64,000 nt of DNA from Kofleriaceae bacterium (GTDB lineage Bacteria > Myxococcota_A > Polyangia > Haliangiales > Haliangiaceae): NCBI GenBank assembly GCA_965215005.1, contig CBDCCZ010000014.1, forward strand, positions 32,001-96,000. Reading direction: 5' to 3'. The translations under genes and the position numbers were made by a program. Every line of letters starts with the position of its first letter. Positions within the stretch are counted from its first letter, which is position 1. This document shows positions 49,866 through 60,599 of this stretch, piece by piece. The notes beneath the pieces are model-generated. The model saw only the letters and a program-made list of their open reading frames with translations, searched no databases and was not told the origin of the DNA.

Positions 49866-49887
49866 CGATTCACCCCGATGCGCCACC

Positions 49888-51510
49888 TCATGGCTGATTG
49901 GCAACTATCATGAGGCGGTGAGCGCCCGCAGCGATGAGGGGCACGCACGCTGCCGGATACACCCAAACCGGGTGGTTCGCCGCCCCGCGTTGCTGCGCAG
50001 AGCAGCGCGCCGACGCAGCAGCGGCTGCGCGCAGCTCATCAGAGGCATGCGGACCAATGACCACTCGATGGAACCGCCAAGGCAAGACCAGCGCCTTGGG
50101 CGGACCGTTCTCCCACGGAACTATCGTAGGCACGGACAAGAGCGAGGTTGGCGTATAGAGCACCCAAGCGTCGAGGTCGTCCTGTAAAGCGTGCTTATAG
50201 TGATGCATGGCCGCCACCAACCCAGGACACGCCCATGTTGTGGCTCGCAAAAGAGTGCTGTTAGGGTAGTCGGTGACGAGGAGCGTGGCACCTTCATCCT
50301 CCGCACACACCGCCTCACGATATGCCGTCTGCATTTCCTGCACGGAGCGGCGATAGGCGATGGATGGGTTGATTGCGGCGTCTATTCGCGGAACCGGCAA
50401 GTGGGCAGGCCCTAGCAAAAACCACCCAAAGAACGCCGCGGCGACCAGACCCGCCCGCAACTTCAGGAGCCCGTGGGGGCGCGCGGGCCACGTTGCCGGG
50501 ATCAAGCACGACAACGCAAAGGGGCCGGCCAGATAGCCGAGCTCGGCGAGGAACACCATTGCATAGAATGCCAAGCTCACAACCACGGAAGCCGCGAGGG
50601 GCACGAGCCATTCTCGTCTCGCAGCTCCCATTGCAGCCAATGGCATCGACAACAACAGCGCTCCCCAGCCAGCGTAAACGAGGTTGACCTGGGTCGCCCA
50701 CGATTTACTGTCCGGGCTCAGCAGACTATAGGTTTGCACCACCGGCCCAATTAGCGCGTCGCTGGCCCGGCCATACATGGCGAATCCGCCGGTCAAGATG
50801 ACGGTTGGCAGCCACCAGACGGCGATCCCGAGGAGACCCGTGGCGATCGCGAGCGCCCACCGCCGTGGCGGCTGTCGCCACGTAAGCCATAGTGCGATAG
50901 GCACGAGGGAAACTAGAATGGTAGGACGAAGACCGCCAGCAAGGCCGCAGAGAAACGCGAATGCAGCGAGGTGCTGCCAACTGAGAACCCGCCGCCAACG
51001 CGCCGCGAGACCAAACAACGCCAGCAGCGTCAATGCCTCGGACGAATGCGACTGGCCATCGCCGCCGTAGTACCAGAGCACTGGATGCACCACGACCAAC
51101 GCCGCAGCCCAAAGCGAGCGCGAGTCGACGCGGCCAGTGAGCTGCCTGCACGTCCAATAGGCAACTGCAATGGACACCGTACCCATAGCGAGACAACCCC
51201 ACTTGGCTATTAGGAGTGGGTCGTCGGCCAGCACCACGGCCACGAGCTTTAGGTAGAGCACGTAACCGAGATATCCCGGCGGATGCGGCTGGTGCTGCAG
51301 CAGGTCGAAGTGACGTGCCGCGAGGCCGAAGTTGACCACGTCGATGTCGCTAAACAGCGGCACGTCGATGGCCCAGCGCAGCAGACCGCCGAGCCACACG
51401 AGCAGCAGCAACATAGCGTAATGCACGCGTAGATCCTCACTAGAACGCAAGCGCGACCCCCGCGGCGATGATAGCGGAAAACGCTGCGTGAAGGCCGGCC
51501 GGCCGCTCAC
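49888..51510 (-). CDS. DUF2723-related GT-C membrane protein
   Basis: DVVNFGLAARHFDLLQHQPHPPGY, P.LWYYG, GGLRP; many TM; start may be about 51414. Confidence 0.75.
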   Translation of the reverse strand: MSGRPAFTQRFPLSSPRGSRLRSSEDLRVHYAMLLLLVWLGGLLRWAIDVPLFSDIDVVNFGLAARHFDLLQHQPHPPGYLGYVLYLKLVAVVLADDPLLIAKWGCLAMGTVSIAVAYWTCRQLTGRVDSRSLWAAALVVVHPVLWYYGGDGQSHSSEALTLLALFGLAARWRRVLSWQHLAAFAFLCGLAGGLRPTILVSLVPIALWLTWRQPPRRWALAIATGLLGIAVWWLPTVILTGGFAMYGRASDALIGPVVQTYSLLSPDSKSWATQVNLVYAGWGALLLSMPLAAMGAARREWLVPLAASVVVSLAFYAMVFLAELGYLAGPFALSCLIPATWPARPHGLLKLRAGLVAAAFFGWFLLGPAHLPVPRIDAAINPSIAYRRSVQEMQTAYREAVCAEDEGATLLVTDYPNSTLLRATTWACPGLVAAMHHYKHALQDDLDAWVLYTPTSLLSVPTIVPWENGPPKALVLPWRFHRVVIGPHASDELRAAAAASARCSAQQRGAANHPVWVYPAACVPLIAAGAHRLMIVANQP

Positions 51511-53255
51511 TCCGGCGACGGGTGCGGATCTAGCGACAGCTCACGCAGGGACAGCCAGCCGTTCCACGGTTTGACGCCGCGCACCCGATGGTGCACGAGG
51601 CCATAGGGATCGGGCGCAATCAGCGGAACGATCGGTAGCGCGCGGGCGAGCTCGAGGGCCAGCTGCGCCATCAGCGGTGCACGCTTTGCCGGCTGCCAAA
51701 CGCTTTCGAGCGCGCCGAGGAGCTCTTCGACCTGAGCATCCCCGAACCGGCCGAAGTTGAGGGCGCCCCCAATTCCGACGAGCTCTCCAACGCCCCGATC
51801 GACGTCGCCCCGCCACTCGACGAACGCGAGATCGAAGTCGCCACTCTCCAGCCGATTGAGGATGACCGCTGCACTCGCTGTCCGAACGCTGGTGAGGATG
51901 CCGGCGCGTCGCAAGCTCTCGAGAACCAGCTCACGACCCGCATCGGGCTCTTCGGACACCAGCACGTCGACCAGCCAGCGGCGGCCCTCGAGCTCGCGGA
52001 TGCCATCGCCATCGGTATCGCGCAGGCCGGCAGCATCGAGGAGCCGCGCCGCCTCCTGGGGAGCGTGCGACGGCGGCGGCGGTGCGCGGCCGTGCCCGGG
52101 GCCGCCGAGCCAGATAGGCCCGGACACGGCGCGCGCCAAACCGCCATGAGCGCCCCTAACCAGCTCCCCCCGATCGATGAGCAGCGCCAGCGCGCGGCGC
52201 ACGCGCACATCTGCGAAGGGCGCTCGGCCGTGATTGACGGCCAGGTACCGCAGCGTTGCCGGCCGCAGGCGCAGCGGCGCAAACGAGCGCGCCAAAGCCG
52301 GGGCAGAGGCCTGCTCCGGGTAGTGCGCTGCGATGAGCCCGCCAATGAGGTCGAGCTCTCCGCGCTTGGCGGCCGTGAGCGCAGCTGCGGCGTCGGGTTG
52401 GTGGAGGAACTCGATGCGCTCGATCGCCGGCGCTGATCCCCAATACGCCTCGTTGCGCACCAGAGTCACTAGGTCGGGCTCGAAGCTCTCGAGGCGGTAC
52501 GGCCCGCTTCCGACCGCGCCGCTGGTCGGGCTGCGATCGCGATACACGTGAGCGGGCACGATGGCTACCTCTGCAAGCGCGCGCAACACCTGGGCGCTCG
52601 GCCGGCGCAAGCGAATCCGCACCCTGCGCGGTCCCAGGATATCGACGCCGACGACGTCGGCGAGCTGCCGCCGAACCTGCAGCGGACCACGGCGCGGATG
52701 GCGAGCCGCGTCTAGCGAGAACTGCACGTCCACAGCCGAAAGCCGCCTGCCATCATGGAATGCGACGTTGTCGGCGAGCTCGAGGCGGATGAGCTGACCG
52801 TTGCCGAGAACCTCCCAGCGGGTCGCGAGCCCAGGACGGTACGCGGGCGACGCGCCGTCGGTAGCGGGAGGCGTAAATCGCAATAGCGTCTCGAAGATCG
52901 TGTCGCTGGCGATGCGCCGGCCCCATTCGCTGGCTGCCGACATAGGATCCAATGAGCGTGGCAAGGCATCCATGTGCACCCGCAACGTTCGCGCACGACG
53001 TGCACGCGCCCGCCGCTGTGCCGCTTCATCGACGGGCGCTGTTATCGTTTGCGCTTCCGAAGGCGATACGGCGCGCGGATCAGGCGCGAGGCGCCACGGC
53101 TTGGAGCGAGCTGGCGCGCAGTGACAGGTCCGCAGCGCCATACCGAGCAGCAGGAATAGAGCGCCCACAAGCACCACCGCGCGGCGTCGCCAGCGCTTCG
53201 CAACGACCGCTCTCGATTGCCCGTTTCCAGAGTCTTGTCGGCGTCTTGCGCTCAT
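51507..53255 (-). CDS. ABC transporter substrate-binding protein, family 5 (peptide/nickel type)
   Basis: SLDP..IFETL, PGLA..W, FHDG..LSA.DV.FS, GSGPY, RN..YW, PF.D.RVRRAL..IDR; start uncertain. Confidence 0.88.
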   Translation of the reverse strand: MSARRRQDSGNGQSRAVVAKRWRRRAVVLVGALFLLLGMALRTCHCAPARSKPWRLAPDPRAVSPSEAQTITAPVDEAAQRRARARRARTLRVHMDALPRSLDPMSAASEWGRRIASDTIFETLLRFTPPATDGASPAYRPGLATRWEVLGNGQLIRLELADNVAFHDGRRLSAVDVQFSLDAARHPRRGPLQVRRQLADVVGVDILGPRRVRIRLRRPSAQVLRALAEVAIVPAHVYRDRSPTSGAVGSGPYRLESFEPDLVTLVRNEAYWGSAPAIERIEFLHQPDAAAALTAAKRGELDLIGGLIAAHYPEQASAPALARSFAPLRLRPATLRYLAVNHGRAPFADVRVRRALALLIDRGELVRGAHGGLARAVSGPIWLGGPGHGRAPPPPSHAPQEAARLLDAAGLRDTDGDGIRELEGRRWLVDVLVSEEPDAGRELVLESLRRAGILTSVRTASAAVILNRLESGDFDLAFVEWRGDVDRGVGELVGIGGALNFGRFGDAQVEELLGALESVWQPAKRAPLMAQLALELARALPIVPLIAPDPYGLVHHRVRGVKPWNGWLSLRELSLDPHPSPE

Positions 53256-53270
53256 GTTATCAAACACTTT

Positions 53271-53912
53271 ATGAAGCGTGTTCCTCGCCTCGCTCGACTC
53301 GTCGTGTTGGTTGCGGTCTCGGCGCTCATCGGCTCGCTCGCCGCCTGCGCCGATGACGGATTCGATGGCGCGGAGGCCGAGGTCAAGAAGACCAACATCA
53401 AGCTCGACTTACCGCCTGTACCCCAGTTCGACGTTCCGTCGTTCGATGGCGAGCATCGCAGCGTCAAAGAGCTTCGACTCAACGGCCGGAGTCTTTTTGA
53501 TAGCGAGCTCGACGTCAAGGGTTACATCGTTTGGGTGTACGACTGCCTCGAGGAGCAGCGCGAGCCGGGCATGACCGACAAAGACGTGCAGAAGAAGATC
53601 GACGAAGATCCGACGATCTGCAACCGGCCGCATGTGATTCTCGGCGACACCGCCGATACCCCGCCCGAGAAGGGTATCTGGGTGGTCGAGCTTCCCCGGG
53701 CGCTGCGCAAGGACGAAGAACGGGGCCTCAAGCGCAAGGAGATCGCAGAGCACAACAGCACGGTTCCTGAGGTCGCGGTGGGCGATGAGGTGATCGTGAA
53801 AGGCAAGTGGAACAACACCTCGCCGCACGGCTTCGCCAACTCCGAGGGGCTACTGATCTTCGCTGAGATCGAAAATCTCACCCGCGCCGCGCCTGAGGGC
53901 GATCAGGGATAG
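53271..53912 (+). CDS. Hypothetical lipoprotein (possible OB-fold-like domain)
   Basis: Lipobox LAAC; VKGYIVW..C..C..VGDEVIVKGKW; strong coding bias. Confidence 0.75.
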   Translation: MKRVPRLARLVVLVAVSALIGSLAACADDGFDGAEAEVKKTNIKLDLPPVPQFDVPSFDGEHRSVKELRLNGRSLFDSELDVKGYIVWVYDCLEEQREPGMTDKDVQKKIDEDPTICNRPHVILGDTADTPPEKGIWVVELPRALRKDEERGLKRKEIAEHNSTVPEVAVGDEVIVKGKWNNTSPHGFANSEGLLIFAEIENLTRAAPEGDQG

Positions 53913-53937
53913 CGGCTACGCCTGCGCGACTCGTCGC

Positions 53938-55584
53938 TCAGCGGCGGCCAGCGTCACGTAGGATGGAGCAGGGCTCGGGGGCGAGTTGCCCGACCGGGCC
54001 TTGGTTGACGCGCACTCGGCAGGCGCGGTCGAGCTCGATGCGATAGCGGCGCTCGCTTGCTGCAGCACCGAGCGGTGGCGGGTCGAAGACGACGTCTAGT
54101 CGTCGATCCGGCGAGAACCGCTCGAGGTCGGGAAACGCTACCACGCGCAGCGTCGCGAGCACCGAGCGAAGCTCGGCCATCCGTTGGGCGGCCGATGCGC
54201 CTAGCGAGGTCTCGCGCGAGCCGCTGAGGTCGCGCCAGTCATCGACCAGCGCGCCGCGCGCCAGCCGCGCGACCACGCGGTCGCGGTGACGAACCTCGAG
54301 CTCGCGCAGCGCGTAAGGCTCCTCGCGCACCAGGCTGCGGTCACGCAACGCCGAAGCCGGTGGCGTTGCAATGATCCCGTCGGCCAGCGGCAGCGCAAGC
54401 GAATCGCCGGGCCGGCGCGCATAGCGGCGACCCTCGGCATCGCGGGCAATCTGGATGCGCTCCTGTTCATCGCCGCTAAAGACCACCAGCTCGGCCTGCG
54501 CCGCACCGCCGGGCCAGGAAACTGGCTCAGGCACAAGAGCGGTTCGCAAGGTCTCGAGCCACGCCTCCACCGCATCGGTCGCTGCTGGCGCGCCATCGAG
54601 CTGCCAACGGGCCCCCGCTCGCTTCAACTCGAAGTTGCCGGCTGCGGAGCGCACCTCGATGCGGCTGGGACGACCGCGCACGAGCGCGCGATCGATGAAC
54701 TGTCGAGGAGCCAGAATTTCGGCCTCGACAGCGGCGACCGCCTGCGCATCGACACAGCCGGCGCCAACCGGTGCGATCGCGAGCACCGCGTCACCACAGC
54801 GGCCACCGACGATCACCTCTTGCGGCTCGCCAGCGCCGATGACCCGCAGCCAAAGTCGCTCGGTGCCCTCGGCAGGCGCCGTTTCCGCGGTGAACGACGC
54901 GATGGAGAGCTCGCGCAAGCGCTCGATGAAGTCCGCGACGTGGACGGGGTCGGCCCGCAGCTGCCCACCCGCTACCGTGATGCGGGGTTGGCCGGTCGTC
55001 GCCAACACGACAGACGCATCCCCAGCAAAGGCCTCGATGGCGGTGATCTCGCTGGGTCGGGCGCGGATCAACGACCGCGCGCGCAGCTCCTCGAGCCCCC
55101 GCGTCAACACGCGCGCTGCATACTCATCGATGAGATAGACGAACTCGGCACCGCCCACCTCGAGCCAGGCGCGGCCGGAGCGCACCGCACCAACCCGCAA
55201 AAGCACCGGCTCTGCGTCGCGCCGACCAATCTCCACCGTCGCCGTCGGCGCCTGCAGACCGAGCGGCGGATCGCCAGCGCGCGCCCTCGGCAGTCGCCGT
55301 TGGTACGACAGCAGCTCGAGCACGCCAACGAGCTCATCGACCGCCGCCTCCTGCGCGACGCCGTTGGCCAACACCAGCTCATCCGTTTGCTCGAGCCGCT
55401 GCAACATGACCGGTTGTCCCTGCGCCGGCTCGAGGTGCAGAAACGTTATCTGCGCGCGCTCCAGGTGCGGCAACACCCGCCGCGACGTAAGAACCGGCGC
55501 CTGCCGACCCGGCAAGAGAATCACCAGCGCGACGAAAAGCGCCGCCACCACCGACAGCGCCAGCAAGCCGCGCTCACGACTCAC
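53938..55584 (-). CDS. DUF4340 domain protein
   Basis: N-terminal TM, repeated 'LGL..P...V.....LRVG..YL..L..LR.R.L' units; last gene of the GldAFG-like operon. Confidence 0.75.
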   Translation of the reverse strand: MSRERGLLALSVVAALFVALVILLPGRQAPVLTSRRVLPHLERAQITFLHLEPAQGQPVMLQRLEQTDELVLANGVAQEAAVDELVGVLELLSYQRRLPRARAGDPPLGLQAPTATVEIGRRDAEPVLLRVGAVRSGRAWLEVGGAEFVYLIDEYAARVLTRGLEELRARSLIRARPSEITAIEAFAGDASVVLATTGQPRITVAGGQLRADPVHVADFIERLRELSIASFTAETAPAEGTERLWLRVIGAGEPQEVIVGGRCGDAVLAIAPVGAGCVDAQAVAAVEAEILAPRQFIDRALVRGRPSRIEVRSAAGNFELKRAGARWQLDGAPAATDAVEAWLETLRTALVPEPVSWPGGAAQAELVVFSGDEQERIQIARDAEGRRYARRPGDSLALPLADGIIATPPASALRDRSLVREEPYALRELEVRHRDRVVARLARGALVDDWRDLSGSRETSLGASAAQRMAELRSVLATLRVVAFPDLERFSPDRRLDVVFDPPPLGAAASERRYRIELDRACRVRVNQGPVGQLAPEPCSILRDAGRR

Positions 55585-57757
55585 GCCGCCTCCGCCACCA
55601 CACCAACATTCCAAGCGCCGCGAACCCCGACGGAATCACCACCACGCACGCCAGGCAGGTGAGCCCGAGTTGGTCCTTGGTCATCACCAAGCGCAACTGC
55701 TCGGGCGTCTTGGCGCCGACCTCGACGTCGCGGCTGAGCCCGGTGAGCCAGGCGATCGCAGCGGTGATGAGCACGTCGCCCGCGGCCCCGCCGGCGAGTG
55801 CCTCGGAAGCCACCCCAGCGTCGCCCACGACCACGACGCGGGCACCCGCCGCGGTCTCGGTCGCCACAGCGACGCTCACGGGACCGAGCACATCGCCGGG
55901 ACCTGCCGCGGGATCACCCGCAAACGCAGTTGTGAGGTCGGTCTCGCCCCATCCGGTCGCCGACGAAGTCACGAGCGCGGTGGCCGCCGGACCTAGCGCC
56001 AAGACTGCGCGCGGCCGCTGCCACACCGTCAAACGCCGGCGCTGGAACCCACTGGTGATCGGGTGATCGGGTGCGTAGGTGTCGGCGGTGGCCCAGGCCC
56101 CTTCCACCGCGATGCTTCGCGCGGGATCGATAACGATGGCGGCTGGTGTCTTGATGCCGACCTCGGCGAGCACGAGCTCGAGACCTGTGGCCGGCAAGGT
56201 CATCGCTTCCTGATTGGGTTGTCCGTAGGCAACCAGTAATCGGCCACCACCGGCCACATACGTTGCGATTGCAGCGGCGGCTGCAGCGGGTAATGGACGT
56301 CTGGGGCCTGCCACGATCAACGCGCGACAATGCGCTGGTACCGCATCCACGACGCTGCCGAGGTCGGTGGCGCGCAAGCCCTCGCGCTGCAGGCGCGCGA
56401 GCACCGAGCTCCATCCCTGCGAATCGTCGCTCGCTAGGGCCACTTCGCCGTGGCCACTGGTGAAGCACACCGCGCCCGCGTCATCGACGACGAGCTCAGC
56501 GAGCGCGTCGGCGAGCGCATCTTCGGCTTCGAAGCGTGCGAGTCCACCGGCGCCGAGGTCGTCGGGGCGAAAGCGGGCCATGTCGAGCAAATCGAGAACG
56601 CGGGTGCGACCGCCCGCCTGCAGAACCACCGCGCCGCCTTCACGCAGCTGCTCCACCGAAACCGCGTATTCACCGGCCAAGGCGGCGATGCGCTCCCCTT
56701 CCAGCACCGGGTCGAGCGAGCCAAGCGCGAGCAGCGGCTGGGCGCGCTCCATGCGCGATAGCAATCGATCGATCTCGCGATAGACCTCGTCGAACTCCTC
56801 GAGGCTCGGCCGTATCGCTAGCACCTTTATCGGACGGTCGACGCGATCGAGCACGGCTAGGGTGGCAGGCTCCAAGCTATTGGCGCGGCTCGACGAGAGG
56901 TCGAGCGTGTGTGAATAGCGGCGCGCGAGAATCGTGGCGCAGACGCCGATGATGACGATGAGAACCGCGGCAATTGCACGACGCTGCACGACCTGGGCGC
57001 TGCGTCGACCGGCGGCGATTACGGCGCTTGCCGCCGCAAGTCCTGCCGCAATCATCGCGACGAAAAGCACCACCGCGTGAAGGTCGATGGCCCCGCGCGC
57101 GAACTCATAGGCGTGCGCGCGCAGATCGAGCGCTGCCGAAATCGCCGCGAGGGGCCCGCTGAAGTCGCCAATTTCGTCGAGCTCGCCGACGAGAAGCAGG
57201 ACCAGAAGCAGCATGAAGCTAATGACCGCCGCGATGATCTGGCTTGCTGTCACGGCGCTGGCGGCGAGGCCCAAGGCCAGAAAACCAGCTCCCATGAGCA
57301 AGACCCCCGCGTAGGCACCGATGACCGGACCGAGCTCGAAGCTGGCGCCCGGGGGCGCGTAGTAGCGAAGAACGAGCAGGTAGAGGACAGTCGGCATCCA
57401 AAGCAGCGCATAGAACGTCACTGCACCAGCCCACTTTCCAAGCAGCACCGCCCCGTCGGTAACCGGTGCGGTGAGGAGCGTTTCCCAGCTCCCCTGGCGC
57501 CGTTCTTCGGCGATGAGCCGCATCGCGATGACCGACACCACCAGCAGCAGCACCGACCAATACAAGAACGTGCCACCAAAATGGCGCGACAGCACCGCCC
57601 CCAGCGGAGCTTGCTGGCGCGGGTCGGCGAGCACTGTGACCACCGCCCAAAACGACAGCCCTTGCACCACTAGAAACAGCACTCCAACGACGTAGCCGAT
57701 CGGCGCGTAAAAATAGGCGGCGAGCTCGCGCCGGGCAATGACGAGCGCCGCCGCCAT
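55574..57757 (-). CDS. Fused GldF-like ABC permease / GldG-like periplasmic domain protein
   Basis: IARRELAAYF.PIGY, MRLIAEERRQGSWETLLTAPV..GK, DLS...NSL..AT, FTSGHGE, HPIT, WGET. Confidence 0.88.
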   Translation of the reverse strand: MAAALVIARRELAAYFYAPIGYVVGVLFLVVQGLSFWAVVTVLADPRQQAPLGAVLSRHFGGTFLYWSVLLLVVSVIAMRLIAEERRQGSWETLLTAPVTDGAVLLGKWAGAVTFYALLWMPTVLYLLVLRYYAPPGASFELGPVIGAYAGVLLMGAGFLALGLAASAVTASQIIAAVISFMLLLVLLLVGELDEIGDFSGPLAAISAALDLRAHAYEFARGAIDLHAVVLFVAMIAAGLAAASAVIAAGRRSAQVVQRRAIAAVLIVIIGVCATILARRYSHTLDLSSSRANSLEPATLAVLDRVDRPIKVLAIRPSLEEFDEVYREIDRLLSRMERAQPLLALGSLDPVLEGERIAALAGEYAVSVEQLREGGAVVLQAGGRTRVLDLLDMARFRPDDLGAGGLARFEAEDALADALAELVVDDAGAVCFTSGHGEVALASDDSQGWSSVLARLQREGLRATDLGSVVDAVPAHCRALIVAGPRRPLPAAAAAAIATYVAGGGRLLVAYGQPNQEAMTLPATGLELVLAEVGIKTPAAIVIDPARSIAVEGAWATADTYAPDHPITSGFQRRRLTVWQRPRAVLALGPAATALVTSSATGWGETDLTTAFAGDPAAGPGDVLGPVSVAVATETAAGARVVVVGDAGVASEALAGGAAGDVLITAAIAWLTGLSRDVEVGAKTPEQLRLVMTKDQLGLTCLACVVVIPSGFAALGMLVWWRRRRES

Positions 57758-58510
57758 CTACGCTCCCTTGGCGCGGCCGGCTCCACTCGAGGACGCGGCA
57801 AGCGAGATGAAGACGTCTTCGAAGTCAGCGGTGGCAGCAAGTCCGGCCTGCTCGCGAAGCGCGGCAGCACTGCCATCGCCGACTAGACGACCCGCGGCGA
57901 TGACAACGACCCGCGCCGCGATGCGCTCGATCTCGGTGAGTTGGTGCGATGACAGCAACACGGTGTGGCGCTCGCTCAGCGCTGCCAACGTATCGCGAAG
58001 CGATCGAACCTGCACCGGATCGAGTCCGGCGAGCGGCTCGTCGAGAATGAGCAGCGGCGGTCGGCCGAGCAGCGCCGCCGCCAGGCCGACGCGCTGGCGG
58101 TATCCCTTGGACAGATGGCCGATGATCCGGCGCAGCTGATCGACGACGCCGGCCGCCAACGCCGCCTCTTCGAGGACTGCCCCGAGCGCGCTGCGCGGCA
58201 CCTGCCGTAGCCGGGCGCGAAACCGCAGGTACTCGGCCACTCGCATCTCGGGATAGAGGGGCGCAGACTCCGGGAGATACCCGAGTTGTGCGCGCGCCGC
58301 CACAGGTTCCTCGGCGACATCGTGATTGGCGATCTCGACGCGCCCGGCGTCAGCAGCGAGGAACCCGCTGAGGATGCGCAGGGTGGTGGTCTTGCCTGCT
58401 CCATTGGGGCCAACGACGCCGACGAGCCCGCCGCGCTCGACGTTCAAGTCGAGTCGATCGACGGCCAGCGTGTGGCCGAAGCGCTTGGTCACTCCCTGTA
58501 GCCGAATCAA
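57758..58510 (-). CDS. ABC transporter ATP-binding protein (GldA-like)
   Basis: GPNGAGKTT, GYLPE..PLYPEM, LSKGYRQRVGLA, ILDEP..GLDP.Q, SSH; start TTG 58510 (or 58519). Confidence 0.93.
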   Translation of the reverse strand: MIRLQGVTKRFGHTLAVDRLDLNVERGGLVGVVGPNGAGKTTTLRILSGFLAADAGRVEIANHDVAEEPVAARAQLGYLPESAPLYPEMRVAEYLRFRARLRQVPRSALGAVLEEAALAAGVVDQLRRIIGHLSKGYRQRVGLAAALLGRPPLLILDEPLAGLDPVQVRSLRDTLAALSERHTVLLSSHQLTEIERIAARVVVIAAGRLVGDGSAAALREQAGLAATADFEDVFISLAASSSGAGRAKGA

Positions 58511-58590
58511 CGCCGGCAAGTGTAGTACGGCTTTTGCCGACTCACGCCGCGGCGGTCACGCGACGGCGCCAGCGGCGGATCCTCTCGGTA

Positions 58591-60435
<1,845 letters not shown>

Positions 60436-60599
60436 GAACGAATCGCAAGCGATGAGCGACCATGATACTCACCCTGCGCTCGCCTGCGAAGGGTTGCTGT
60501 CGCTCCAGGCGTGGTTCACGTGGGAAGTCGTGAGCCGCTAGCAGCGCGACGAGCAATTGCGCCCGCCTAGGAGCGCCGCGTGGGACGAGCGGCACCCGC

